Below, in pieces: positions 1 through 9,768 of a DNA stretch of 64,000 nt. Each line of letters starts with the position of its first letter. The stretch's first letter is position 1. A program made the translations under genes and the position numbers. Source of the stretch: Fibrobacterota bacterium. GTDB lineage: Bacteria; Fibrobacterota; Fibrobacteria; UBA11236. The notes beneath the pieces were generated by a model. It searched no databases and had not been told where the DNA came from. It was given only the letters and a program-made list of their open reading frames with translations. The stretch lies in contig CANIEU010000005.1 in assembly GCA_947466585.1 (NCBI GenBank), positions 64,412-128,411 of the forward strand. Reading direction: 5' to 3'.

Positions 1-887
1 CGCGCCCGTATCACGAATACCTCGGCTGGAACGGCGGCACCGACTTCGACACGCAAATCGTCGCCAAGATCAACGCGCCGGAACTGTTGGAGAAGGAACT
101 TTCGAAACCCTCATGGAAGGGCGACTCCATCGTTTTCTCCGGCGTCACGGATTGTTATCAACCCGCCGAAAGCGCGCTGAAAATCACCCGACGCTGCCTC
201 GAGGCTTGTCTGCGCCACGACACGCCCGTGGGCATCATCACCAAGTCGGTTCTGATTCTACGCGATCTCGATATTCTAGAGCAACTCGCGCATCTTGAAA
301 CCGGGCCCGGCGCCACCGCCTGCATCTCCATTCCGTTCTGGGATCCGAAAGACGCACGCGGCATGGAACCGTTCGTGGCGCCGCCCGAGGCGCGCTTTCG
401 CGCCCTCGAAAAACTTTCCGCTGCGGGCCTCCGTACCGGCATTTCGGTGAGCCCCATCATTCCCGGCTGGAACGATGCCGACATTCCCAAGATTTTAAAA
501 AGGGCGGGGGAGTGCGGTGCGTCTTTCGCGTTCTACACCTTGTTGCGGTTGCCTGGCGCCGTGGAACCGGTTTTCCTGTCGCGTCTCCGCCGCGATTTTC
601 CAGACCGTGCGGGCAAGGTGGAGCATCATCTGCGCGAGACGCACGGGGGAGAGCTCAAGCATCAGGGCTTCGGCGACCGCATGCGCGGCACGGGGAAAAT
701 GGCGGACGTGATTTCAGACCTGTTCAAGCTACACGTCCGCAAGAACGGCCTCGACTGCGGAGAACCGGGGAACATGCGCATCCCGCGACCTTCCCGGAGC
801 GGCGCGGCCTTTCCGCCGCTGGCGCTGGATAAGGCCGAAAAGTCGGAAAATCCTCAAATCCAGACGGATTTGTTTGGTCCGGTTTAA
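1..887 (+). CDS. radical SAM protein, SplB/DNA-photolyase-like family (3' part; 5' end lies outside window)
   Basis: Frame-3 ORF is open to the first base of the window (RPYHEYLGWNGGTDFD... before the listed TTG start). VTDCYQPAE and downstream residues resemble the SplB-like radical SAM family. The CxxxCxxC cluster would lie upstream and is not visible. Confidence 0.55.
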   Translation, partial: RPYHEYLGWNGGTDFDTQIVAKINAPELLEKELSKPSWKGDSIVFSGVTDCYQPAESALKITRRCLEACLRHDTPVGIITKSVLILRDLDILEQLAHLETGPGATACISIPFWDPKDARGMEPFVAPPEARFRALEKLSAAGLRTGISVSPIIPGWNDADIPKILKRAGECGASFAFYTLLRLPGAVEPVFLSRLRRDFPDRAGKVEHHLRETHGGELKHQGFGDRMRGTGKMADVISDLFKLHVRKNGLDCGEPGNMRIPRPSRSGAAFPPLALDKAEKSENPQIQTDLFGPV

Positions 888-2074
888 TCGAGAGAAAGGC
901 TCAACCGTTTCAACCCTTCCCGAAAAATCTCTGGCTCGGGTAAAAGGCTGATCACGATCGTTTCATCATCTTCGAAGTCGAAGAAGTATCCCGGCTGTAC
1001 GAGCACACCCTGCTCTTCCACCAGCCGGATCGCGAATTCCTCGTCGTCTTGGATTCCCTCACAACGCACGGGCAGACACCAACCGCCCTGCGGCCACAGG
1101 GGTTTGAGTCGGCTGTTCGCCGCGGCGATTTCCCGTAGCGCCTGAAGATTCTCAGCGATACGCTCGCGGATCGGCCCCTGAAATTCTCCACGACGCCGCA
1201 AGAGTTCCGGAGCCGCAAGCTGCGGCGCCGTGCCCGCGCTGAGATGCGCGTCACACATCCACTCCAAAAGATCCTTGGCCTTCCCAGTATCCGCTGCGTT
1301 GCCCGCCACATGGATCCACGCCAGCTTGAGTTGCGGAAGGCCCACCAGTTTCGAAAGGCCGTTGAGCGTGAACACCAACGGCCCGTCGGAATTGAGCAAT
1401 GCCGTCCGTGCTTCCGTGTTCAGGTAATCCGCAAACACCTCGTCCACGATCACCGCGAACCCGTGTTTGGAAGCGATATCGAGCAACCAGGCTGCGTCTT
1501 CGGGCGAAAGAATATTTCCCGTGGGATTATTGGGTTGCACCACGCAGAGAACGCGGAAGGTATGAGAAGGATCGGTGATCTGCGCGGTCAGGCTCTTCCG
1601 GTCGATACTCCAGGAAACGGTTCCTGCGTCCTCCCGCAGAATCAGTGGATACGTGTCGAACGCAAGCCCGGCCAGGTCCGCCAACGTTTCGAGCAGGGGA
1701 TAGGAAGGGCGTGGCACGAGGATCGTATCTCCCGGCTCGCAGAGCAGTTTGAACAAGTGGGCATAGGCCTCGGACGTGCCTGCTGTCAAAAACAAATCGT
1801 CCGGTTTAACGGACTCGCCCCGATCGGAGTAGTAGCCCGCGAGAGCGTCCCGAACGGAGCGCAAGCCTTTGGGGTCGGGATCGTAGCGACGGAGGGAATC
1901 TCCGACCAACAATCCCGTCCAATCCTCCGGGAATGTGATTCCGACGGCGGTGGGATTGGAAACGTTCAGGTCGAGAAGATCGGCTCCTGCGGCCTTGCGC
2001 GCTGCCAAAGCTTCAGAAAGCGGATTGGGGCCGTGATCGCGCCCCTCCCATCGGGCCGGGAAACGAAAGGACAC
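884..2074 (-). CDS. PLP-dependent aminotransferase, class I/II
   Basis: 396 aa with fold-type I aminotransferase architecture, including an SK...K lysine region (LSKLVGLPQLKLAW). Shares a 4-nt overlap with the convergent upstream gene. Confidence 0.7.
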   Translation of the reverse strand: MSFRFPARWEGRDHGPNPLSEALAARKAAGADLLDLNVSNPTAVGITFPEDWTGLLVGDSLRRYDPDPKGLRSVRDALAGYYSDRGESVKPDDLFLTAGTSEAYAHLFKLLCEPGDTILVPRPSYPLLETLADLAGLAFDTYPLILREDAGTVSWSIDRKSLTAQITDPSHTFRVLCVVQPNNPTGNILSPEDAAWLLDIASKHGFAVIVDEVFADYLNTEARTALLNSDGPLVFTLNGLSKLVGLPQLKLAWIHVAGNAADTGKAKDLLEWMCDAHLSAGTAPQLAAPELLRRRGEFQGPIRERIAENLQALREIAAANSRLKPLWPQGGWCLPVRCEGIQDDEEFAIRLVEEQGVLVQPGYFFDFEDDETIVISLLPEPEIFREGLKRLSLSLD

Positions 2075-2093
2075 GGCGCCGGATTCCGTGGGA

Positions 2094-2987
2094 TCAGGCC
2101 GTGGTGCGTTCGCTGCGCACGAGATGCCCGAGGGCGCGCAGGTTCTCTGTGATACGCATCACGGAAGCGTGCTTGTTCAGGCAGTACAGGTGCAGACCGG
2201 CGACACCACCGCGCAACAATTCGTCGCACTGGCGCGTGGCATAAGCGACGCCGCGGTCGACCACGTCTTCGCCCTCGACGATTTCGCCGAGGAAGGCGGG
2301 GAGATCGGCCGGAATCCTGCATCCGGAGAGTTCTTCGAAGCGCGGGAGCTGTTTGATGTCGAGCACCGGCATGATACCGGCAACGAGAGGAAGGTCGATG
2401 CCCATCGCAACAGCGCGGTCGCGGAAGTGGAAAAAGTTCGCGTTTTCGAAAAAGAGTTGGCTGACCGCGAAGTCGGCACCATTGTCCTGCTTGAGTTTGA
2501 GCGCGTTCATGTCGGCCTCGAGTGAGGAGGCCTCAAGATGTTTCTCGGGGTAAAAGGCGCAACCGAGGGTGAAATCGAAGTTGTCCTTGATGAACCGGAT
2601 CAGGTCGCTCGCGTGGGCGAAGCCCTCGGGGTGAGGTTTGAAGCTGGTATCGCCCTTGGGCGGATCGCCGCGCAAGGCGAGAACGTGCCGGATGCCAGAG
2701 TCCCAGAGCTGTTGGAGGATGCCGTGAAGCTCGTCGCGTGAGTGGCCCACGCAGGTGAGATGCGCCATGGCCTCGATGCCCAGTTCACCCTGGATACGCC
2801 CCACCAGGTCGAGCGTTTTGGAGCGGGTGGATCCGCCGGCGCCGTAGGTCACCGAAACGAAATCGGGAGCCTGCTTGAGAGTTTCGCCAAGGGTCGAATA
2901 CAACGATGCCCAACCCGCCGGATTTTTGGGAGGGAAGAACTCATAAGAGAGGGTCGGGCCCTGGCGTAATTTTTCCAGAATAGACAT
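2094..2987 (-). CDS. metF: 5,10-methylenetetrahydrofolate reductase
   Basis: 298 aa counted from the internal ATG at 2985-2987 (MSILEKLRQGPTLSYEFFPPK...). Full-length MetF-like sequence of the expected size. The longer six-frame ORF reaching 3311 is judged non-coding. Confidence 0.85.
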   Translation of the reverse strand: MSILEKLRQGPTLSYEFFPPKNPAGWASLYSTLGETLKQAPDFVSVTYGAGGSTRSKTLDLVGRIQGELGIEAMAHLTCVGHSRDELHGILQQLWDSGIRHVLALRGDPPKGDTSFKPHPEGFAHASDLIRFIKDNFDFTLGCAFYPEKHLEASSLEADMNALKLKQDNGADFAVSQLFFENANFFHFRDRAVAMGIDLPLVAGIMPVLDIKQLPRFEELSGCRIPADLPAFLGEIVEGEDVVDRGVAYATRQCDELLRGGVAGLHLYCLNKHASVMRITENLRALGHLVRSERTTA

Positions 2988-3041
2988 GGCGGGAAAGGTA
3001 CAAGCTTGCCCGGTAATTTTCGAAGGGCCGAAGGGTCGGTA

Positions 3042-3824
3042 ATGAGAATGACGGCACCGAAAACCGTGTATTTTTCCTTCATGCAATCCCAACCCTCCCG
3101 CCCTCGTGCTGGGCTCAATCCTCTCTTCCTGCTGATCCTGCTGACCTTCAGCGTGGTTCTCGGCGTCGTTAACAACCTGGTCAACCCCGACGGTACCGAC
3201 TGGGTCGGTAGTCCGCGGGTACTGCCGAAACCGCTGGATTGGCCGAGCCTTTCTGCTTCTGAGGGCTTCTCGGCCGGAGCCAAGTTCGCCTGGAGCGGTT
3301 TGTTGCAACATGCGCTTTGGGTGGCAGGAGCTTTGCTGGTGCTCGCCTTGGGGGCGGCCATGCTGCGCCAGCGTGCATCAGGACCTGCTCGTTGGGTCAT
3401 GAGCTGGCTGCGCGTTTTCTTCGGCGTCCTATTTTTGGCCGCCGCTTTTCCGAAATTCACCGACCCCGAAGGCTTCGCCATGATGGTGGCGCAATATCAA
3501 ATGCTGCCGGCCTTCGCCGTGAACGCGTTTTCGGTCTGGTTGCCGGCTTTGGAAATTACCGCGGGTCTCTCCTTGCTGTTGCTCCCTTGGGAGCGTGAAT
3601 CCACCGCCTTGGTGGGGCTTTTGATGGTAATGTTCATTGTGGCTCTGGCCCAGGCTCTCGGTCGTGATTTGGGCATCGCCTGCGGGTGCTTTGACATCAA
3701 AGGCGCCACTGATGCCGGGGAGACCTGGTTCGCCCTCTTGCGCGACGTGGTGTTGCTGGTCCCCATTTTTTGGATGTGGTGCCGGGCCGACCGCCGTCCC
3801 TTATGGCGCTTGTGGCGGTTCTGA
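3042..3824 (+). CDS. MauE/DoxX-like integral membrane protein
   Basis: Multi-TM hydrophobic protein. FPKFTDPEGFAMMVAQYQMLP resembles the methylamine-utilisation MauE family. Start is ambiguous (3006, 3042 or 3078). Confidence 0.5.
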   Translation: MRMTAPKTVYFSFMQSQPSRPRAGLNPLFLLILLTFSVVLGVVNNLVNPDGTDWVGSPRVLPKPLDWPSLSASEGFSAGAKFAWSGLLQHALWVAGALLVLALGAAMLRQRASGPARWVMSWLRVFFGVLFLAAAFPKFTDPEGFAMMVAQYQMLPAFAVNAFSVWLPALEITAGLSLLLLPWERESTALVGLLMVMFIVALAQALGRDLGIACGCFDIKGATDAGETWFALLRDVVLLVPIFWMWCRADRRPLWRLWRF

Positions 3825-4255
3825 AGGCCCGTTTGACCAAGAAAGAACGGCTATTCGATCCGGTGCGGGGGAAGTCCGTGCGTGCGCTCCCTGAAGAGCG
3901 CGTGCGGCTGCAACTGGCGGACTGGCTGATCAAAACGGTGGGGGTTCCCCAACGTCTACTGTCTGTCGAATACTCTTTGTCGCAACTCGATCCCCGAAGC
4001 CGGAAGCGTGCCGATCTGGTGGTGTGGAGGCCCGCGCTCGCTCATGCCGGGGAAGGGGGAGTGCTTCCGTGGTTGCTGGCCGAGTGCAAAGCTCCCGGTG
4101 TCGCATTAACCCAAGGTGTTGCCGATCAGGTACGCGGCTACGCGGAAAAGATTCGGGCGGAATACGTGGTGCTCACCAACGGGGTGGAAACGCGGTATTT
4201 CCAGTCTCGGGAAGGACGGTTTTTTGAGATCGTGAACCTTCCAAGCTTTGGCTGA
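3803..4255 (+). CDS. stand-alone HsdR N-terminal-domain (HSDR_N-like) protein
   Basis: About 150 aa. Pattern E..VR..L...L....GVP......E..........RADLVVW.....PWLLAECK resembles the N-terminal domain of type I restriction R subunits. Overlaps the upstream gene by 22 nt. Confidence 0.5.
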   Translation: MALVAVLKARLTKKERLFDPVRGKSVRALPEERVRLQLADWLIKTVGVPQRLLSVEYSLSQLDPRSRKRADLVVWRPALAHAGEGGVLPWLLAECKAPGVALTQGVADQVRGYAEKIRAEYVVLTNGVETRYFQSREGRFFEIVNLPSFG

Positions 4256-4271
4256 AACTATTTGAAGAGAC

Positions 4272-4310
4272 AAAAAAAAGAGGAGGCTTTCGCCTCCTCT
4301 TTTTTTTTCA
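4272..4310. terminator. bidirectional intrinsic terminator
   Basis: A8-AGAGGAGGC-TTTC-GCCTCCTCT-T9: a perfect 9-bp GC-rich hairpin with an A-run on one side and a T-run on the other, sitting between convergent genes. Confidence 0.85.
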
Positions 4311-4324
4311 TCCGACAGTGCGGA

Positions 4325-6310
4325 TTATTTCTGCGGGAACGCTGCCACGCCTGTTTGGAAGGGCAGGTAGTTCGTGTTGAGGTCTTCGCCGTACTTGGCC
4401 CAGACCCGTTGAGCGTTGTCGGTTACCGTGACATATTCACAGTTTCCGCCGCGGAGTTGGACCTTGCTCATGTTGAAGGCGTTCGGCAAGGTGAAGTGCT
4501 CGTACACCGTCCAAGTGGTGAAGTCGATAACGCGTAAATAGGCCGATCCAGCGAGGTAGGCAAATTTGTCGCCGCAAATATCGATATCTTCGGGTGAGTT
4601 CATGGCATCCGGACCATACCACCAAGACCCCGGAAGTCCACCGACGTGAATCGCCGCGCGACCCGTCGAGGAGCCAGTGGGAATGGTGTAGATCGAGAAA
4701 ATCTGGTCACCCAATTTCACGTTCTGTGCAGGTCCCGCAGTTTCCGGCGAGTACAGGGTATACCACGCTCCACTGGTTCCTTGCTTGGCAAAGACAGTAC
4801 CGCCGTCGAGCACAATCAGAAGACCATTTCGAACGGCAAAGTCCGTCATGGAAGTCGCCGCCGGTGATACCCAATCTGTGGACCAAACACTCGGGTTGCT
4901 GGCAAGATACTTCGACCGAAGGCTCGGGTTGGTCCAATCCGGAACGCGCATCGTGAGGCGTTCGCCATCCTGACGGAAGTTGGAAATTCCCGCAATCCAT
5001 TGGTTCACCCAAGCGCCCGTAGGTGTTTTGGTGTAGAGGTTTCCATCGGTACTTTTGGCGGTCATATAACCACGGCTGTACTGGAATAACGTGACCGTAC
5101 CACTCGTTCCGGATCCAGGCCAGATCTGAACGTTCGATCCACCTGCTCCAAGGCGGCGATAGACATAGCCGTTGTTTTTGGAGAAGATGAGAGTGTCGCC
5201 TTCGGTAAAGAATTGATTCACATCCGTTGCGATCGTGTTGTAACCTTCATACCCAACGATCGACAGGTTGTTGTTGGTCAGCTTGACCGTGAGACCATGT
5301 GTTGGGTACAGAGTGCTGAAAGCCTTGAGGTCACCCGCCGTCAGGTTCGGGGTCGAAGAAGTCGTCGTGCCGTAGGTGAGAATCGAACTTCCCGGAGTCC
5401 AAGCGTCGCCATCGTTCACCGGCGTTCCGGGAATGTTGATGAGGCTTCCCATGTTCCAATAAAGGCCTTCCATACCTGTAAAGCCAACGTTTGTGGCCAA
5501 GGCGAAAAGGCTCATGACGACGGTCGTTTTTTGGTTTTGCGGGATGTTGCTCTCGTAACCCGTGTTCACCCACAGCGAAATGCCATCGGGTTCGACCAGT
5601 TCGTCGGGCGTAAGAACGGCGGTGCTGGTGTTCGTACCGTCAGGACCGATGCCGTACGAGCCGCGGATGGAAACGTCGTGGTTCGTGGATGAAGAAGTTT
5701 CGACAAACGAAATGGCAGTGCCTTTGGCCTGTGCGTTCCAGTTGGCGATGGCGGCACGCGCGGCGGATTGCCAGTTCGGGCCAATGCGGCCGGCGCCGGT
5801 TGTGTAGATGTAAACCTTGATCTGGTATACTTCCGGCAGCGCTTTGACATCAAACAAGCCGCTCCAGTAATCCCAACGCGTGTGCGCTTTCTTGGCGCCG
5901 GTCAAAAGATCGACTCCGCCCTTGTCCAGCTCGTTTTTCTTCCAGCGTGCGCGCAATTCACGCACCGTCTTGGCGCGCAAGCTAATGCTGTTGCGACGGG
6001 TGCCCTTGGTCTTGTCATTTTCCGAAAGGGTCGGGGTCATCATGTACAAGGTGTCGACACCAGCGGAGTCGAGTGTCGACACTCCGGAGAGCGCTGCCGG
6101 GGAGGCGGGATCGACATAGGACACGTAAATCATTTCACGCGCGACCCCGAGGGTATCCACGAGAAAGGAAAGCAGCGGATCACCGGTACCTGCTGAAGTC
6201 TTAACCGCACCTGAACTTGTGGTCGGGGTCTCGTTGAGACAACCGGTCAATAGGAGGGTAACGAACGTAAACGCCGCTGCAAAGATGCGGTAAAATTTTT
6301 GAGACGTCAT
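4325..6310 (-). CDS. large Thr/Ser/Gly/Asn-rich lipoprotein of unknown function
   Basis: 661 aa. Signal peptide plus lipobox (LLLTGC). No recognisable catalytic motif. GC content is visibly lower than the neighbouring genes. AT-rich 276-bp upstream region. Confidence 0.6.
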   Translation of the reverse strand: MTSQKFYRIFAAAFTFVTLLLTGCLNETPTTSSGAVKTSAGTGDPLLSFLVDTLGVAREMIYVSYVDPASPAALSGVSTLDSAGVDTLYMMTPTLSENDKTKGTRRNSISLRAKTVRELRARWKKNELDKGGVDLLTGAKKAHTRWDYWSGLFDVKALPEVYQIKVYIYTTGAGRIGPNWQSAARAAIANWNAQAKGTAISFVETSSSTNHDVSIRGSYGIGPDGTNTSTAVLTPDELVEPDGISLWVNTGYESNIPQNQKTTVVMSLFALATNVGFTGMEGLYWNMGSLINIPGTPVNDGDAWTPGSSILTYGTTTSSTPNLTAGDLKAFSTLYPTHGLTVKLTNNNLSIVGYEGYNTIATDVNQFFTEGDTLIFSKNNGYVYRRLGAGGSNVQIWPGSGTSGTVTLFQYSRGYMTAKSTDGNLYTKTPTGAWVNQWIAGISNFRQDGERLTMRVPDWTNPSLRSKYLASNPSVWSTDWVSPAATSMTDFAVRNGLLIVLDGGTVFAKQGTSGAWYTLYSPETAGPAQNVKLGDQIFSIYTIPTGSSTGRAAIHVGGLPGSWWYGPDAMNSPEDIDICGDKFAYLAGSAYLRVIDFTTWTVYEHFTLPNAFNMSKVQLRGGNCEYVTVTDNAQRVWAKYGEDLNTNYLPFQTGVAAFPQK

Positions 6311-6586
6311 TTGAAAAACTCATTCTTGGACACCAGAAAATGCCACGGAATTTCAAACAATCAAACAGCCGTTCGTGGCCGGCGTGATAAAACCCCTATC
6401 GGACTTGTACAATATAATGACCTAAATATGCCTTGTGTGAACATGCTTTGTTACACAATTACCCCGTTCTGTCACTTACCTTCCCTAATAGTTAAAACAC
6501 AGTAAATTAATCAATTTTCAACTCAAAAAATGCCATTTTATGGCCGGTGTAAACACATGCAGCCCCTTATAGGGGCACATCAGGCC

Positions 6587-7765
6587 TTAAATTTTGGAAC
6601 AAATGGCAAATTTAAGGTATTTGCCCTCCGGAAACGCAAAATTATAGGGGTGATCGAAGGGTTGCTCTCTGCTTTCCAGCAATTTCAACCCGCATTTAGC
6701 TTGGACGGAAGCGTAGTGCAAAATCGAGAGAAAGGCGGGGCTGTCCAGATGGGTTGTACACGATGAGCTTACCAGAAGCCCACCTTCGGGCAAAGCATTG
6801 AGTGCACATCGATTGAGCGCCGTGTAGGCCTTCAAGGCATTCTTGAGCTGCTTTTGACTTTTAGCCATGGAGGGTGGGTCGATGATGATGCAATCGAACT
6901 CGCCCGGCTTGAGGTTCGCGAGGGCTTCGAAAGCATCTTCCGTCCGAAATTCAGACGCCGGATAGTCGAATCCGTTTGCGGCGAGGTTGCGCCGGCATAA
7001 TTCCATGGCCGGGCCGGAAGCGTCGAGGCTCACGACGCGCCTTGCGCCCGCAGTGGCGGCATACACCGAAAACCCGCCGGAGTAGGAGAACACATTGAGT
7101 ACCGACCTGCCCTTGCACCAACGTTGCAACGCAAGGCGGTTTTCCCGTTGATCGAGAAAGAAGCCGGTCTTTTGGCCCTTGAGAAGGTCTGCGATGAAGG
7201 TGCGTCCGTTCTCGCGGAAGGTGACTTCCCCGTCGCATTTTCCATACACCACGCCTACGGGTTGATCGACCATCCCCTCCATGCGCCGAACGGCGAGGTC
7301 ACTGCGTTCGATCACCGCCTGTGGCTGATGCACCTGCACCAGAGCATTCAAAATCGGTGTGCGCAGCAGGTCCATACCCTTGGTGTGGAGTTGAAAGACG
7401 AGGTGGCCTGCGTAATGATCGACGATTAGTCCCGGACAGCCATCCGCTTCGGCGAAGGCCACGCGCCAGGCATCCGTGTCGCCGGGCAGCCAGGCGGCGC
7501 GTTCGGCTTTCAACCGTTCGAACAGGCGCACGAAAAAGCCTTCGTCGACGGTTTCGTCACGCCGGGAAAGCATGCGCACGGCAATGTCTGTCCGGGAGTT
7601 GTAATAACCGGTTCCGAGGATTTCATTGTCACAGGTGACGGTAACGAGCGCTCCGTCGGGCACCTGCGGTGCCTCCATCAGGGCCCGGGAAAAAATCCAC
7701 GGGTGACCGGCAAGAATGCTTTTACGACGTTCGGGGCGCAGGCGGGCGACAGGATAATGCGGCAT
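6587..7765 (-). CDS. rlmI: 23S rRNA m5C methyltransferase RlmI-like (PUA + class I SAM MTase)
   Basis: 392 aa. N-terminal PUA-like region, then a Rossmann MTase with a DPPS region. Size and architecture match RlmI. Confidence 0.7.
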   Translation of the reverse strand: MPHYPVARLRPERRKSILAGHPWIFSRALMEAPQVPDGALVTVTCDNEILGTGYYNSRTDIAVRMLSRRDETVDEGFFVRLFERLKAERAAWLPGDTDAWRVAFAEADGCPGLIVDHYAGHLVFQLHTKGMDLLRTPILNALVQVHQPQAVIERSDLAVRRMEGMVDQPVGVVYGKCDGEVTFRENGRTFIADLLKGQKTGFFLDQRENRLALQRWCKGRSVLNVFSYSGGFSVYAATAGARRVVSLDASGPAMELCRRNLAANGFDYPASEFRTEDAFEALANLKPGEFDCIIIDPPSMAKSQKQLKNALKAYTALNRCALNALPEGGLLVSSSCTTHLDSPAFLSILHYASVQAKCGLKLLESREQPFDHPYNFAFPEGKYLKFAICSKI

Positions 7766-7844
7766 GGGCGTCGGAAGTTAGCTAACCGGGCGCGGCGGGG
7801 GTTTGTCGGCGGTATATTTCCGGCAACGTCCGCCCGAGGTTGCC

Positions 7845-9638
7845 ATGATCAGCAAGAACCGTTCAAACTCACCCGGATATTCCGTTTGGCAACGCCTCGC
7901 GAAGGGCGCGTGCGCCTTCGTGTGCATTTGCGCGCTGGGATGGCCGGCTACGGCGCATGCGCAGGATCCGCCGCTGACGCAGTATCAGGCGACCGTGTTG
8001 TCGCGCGGCTTGTCGAACCCCACCAGCATCGCCTTTCATCCAGACGGTCGCATTTACATCACGCAAAAGAGTGGGCGCATCCGCCTAGTCAACCCCGTGA
8101 CCGGCGATAGCACCATCGCCGCCACGCTGCCGGCGGCCAACGTACGTGAGGACGGCCTCCAAAGTCTCGTGCTGGATCCGAATTTCGCGATCAACAGGTG
8201 GGTGTATGTCCTGTTTTCGGAACGGATGACTGGAGATAGTTCGCTTGTAGTGGCCCGCTACGTTACCGACTCAGCCACCGGCGCACTGCTGACCGGAACC
8301 CGGGCGACCTTGCTGAAAATTCCCTACACCTTGAACAGCAGCACCGCCGAGCACACCAACGGCTATTTGGCCTTCGGGCCAGAGGGTAATCTTTATGTCG
8401 CGCTCGCGGACAATACTCAAAACATCTTTAGCGGGACGGGCGCGGGATACGCCCCGCGCGACCCGACGCGCCCGCTGTACGACGCGCAACGCAGCGCCGC
8501 GAACACGAACGATTTGCGTGGCAAAATCCTACGTATTCACCCCGAGGCGAACGGCACGTACTCGATCCCCGCGGGTAACCTGAAGGACTCGATCAACAAT
8601 CCCGCGTTCAACCCGAATTGGAAGACTTCCGAGGACACGCTGTCGAAGGTGAGGTCCGAGATTTTCGTGATGGGGTTGCGTCATCCGTTCCGGATCACCG
8701 TCGATGCGCAAACCGGTTGGTTGTATTGGGCAGAGCCCGGCCCGAACGCATCCGCCGATAATGCCTCGCAAGGCCCGCGCGGTTATGAAGTGGTGGGGTT
8801 GGCGAAGGGGCCGGGCAATTACGGCTGGCCTTATTGCCGCGGCAACCCCGCCTTGATCCAAAAGGCTTCCGGAGTTACAGGAAAATTCTGTTACACCGCC
8901 TACAATTATTCCGGTTCGGGTACTGCGGGTGCGATGTACAATCCCGACAGCCTGCGCAACACGTCGATCAACAACACCGGCATCACGAACCTTCCACCCA
9001 TGCGTACGCACGCGGTGTGGTACGCTTACAATTCCACCGGTTCATCCTTTCCCATCTTCGGGAGCGGGAACGGATCCAACGCCGGCATGCTGGGGCCGAT
9101 CTACAACTACAACCCTTCCGGCAGCTCCTCGCGCCTTCCCTCGGTTTTCGATCGTCACGTTTTCATCGTGGAATGGCAGCGCAACCTTCTTTATGTGGCC
9201 CGGGCCGATTCGGCGGGGGGCATCGGCGGTTTGCGCCCCTTCCGCAATGTCAGTGGTGCGCGCGACAGCGTGGTGAATGGGCCGATCGACATCAAGATCG
9301 GGCCGGACGGCGCGCTCTATTTCCTGAACTGGGTGGGCAACAACTACACCAACAATTCCGGTAACGGCACCTTGGTTCGCTTCGCGTACACGGGAACGCA
9401 GACCGGAATCGCCCACCCGTATGGAGTGAGGGGGATCGGGAACGTCTCGGGGCAACTCTACGTTGCGGGTACCGGTGGCGTCCTCGCCTGGCCGGGCGGT
9501 GCCCTGCGGGCCGACTTTTACGCGCTCACCGGGGAACGCATCGGCAGCACCCGCCGCGCCGACCTGACGGGCACCCCGGTTTTACGCTACCCGGAAAGCG
9601 TCCGGGGCGTCGTCCGCGTAAGGTTTGAAGGCCGCTGA
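7845..9638 (+). CDS. PQQ-dependent soluble glucose/sorbosone dehydrogenase (GSDH family) with T9SS-type C-terminal domain
   Basis: Signal peptide (CICALGWPATAHA). GSDH beta-propeller motifs (IFVMGLRHPFRITVD). The last ~70 aa resemble a Por/T9SS sorting domain (FYALTGERIG...GVVRVRFEG). Confidence 0.7.
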   Translation: MISKNRSNSPGYSVWQRLAKGACAFVCICALGWPATAHAQDPPLTQYQATVLSRGLSNPTSIAFHPDGRIYITQKSGRIRLVNPVTGDSTIAATLPAANVREDGLQSLVLDPNFAINRWVYVLFSERMTGDSSLVVARYVTDSATGALLTGTRATLLKIPYTLNSSTAEHTNGYLAFGPEGNLYVALADNTQNIFSGTGAGYAPRDPTRPLYDAQRSAANTNDLRGKILRIHPEANGTYSIPAGNLKDSINNPAFNPNWKTSEDTLSKVRSEIFVMGLRHPFRITVDAQTGWLYWAEPGPNASADNASQGPRGYEVVGLAKGPGNYGWPYCRGNPALIQKASGVTGKFCYTAYNYSGSGTAGAMYNPDSLRNTSINNTGITNLPPMRTHAVWYAYNSTGSSFPIFGSGNGSNAGMLGPIYNYNPSGSSSRLPSVFDRHVFIVEWQRNLLYVARADSAGGIGGLRPFRNVSGARDSVVNGPIDIKIGPDGALYFLNWVGNNYTNNSGNGTLVRFAYTGTQTGIAHPYGVRGIGNVSGQLYVAGTGGVLAWPGGALRADFYALTGERIGSTRRADLTGTPVLRYPESVRGVVRVRFEGR

Positions 9639-9768
9639 CGCGGGGGTGGTTCTTCCCGCTTCTTTTTGGGATAATACCCGCTCAAAGAGTTATTTTAGCC
9701 CCTCATTCCTGCGTTCGGCGGGTGTGAACAAGCGAGGTTTCGTGCGACAGGTGATCAGCGTGAACAAG

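Noticed and set aside
2988-3311. Upstream extension of the metF ORF (MLQQTAPGELG...)
   Set aside because: Full-length MetF begins at the internal ATG 2985-2987. The extension overlaps the plus-strand MauE-like gene region and has no homology signal.
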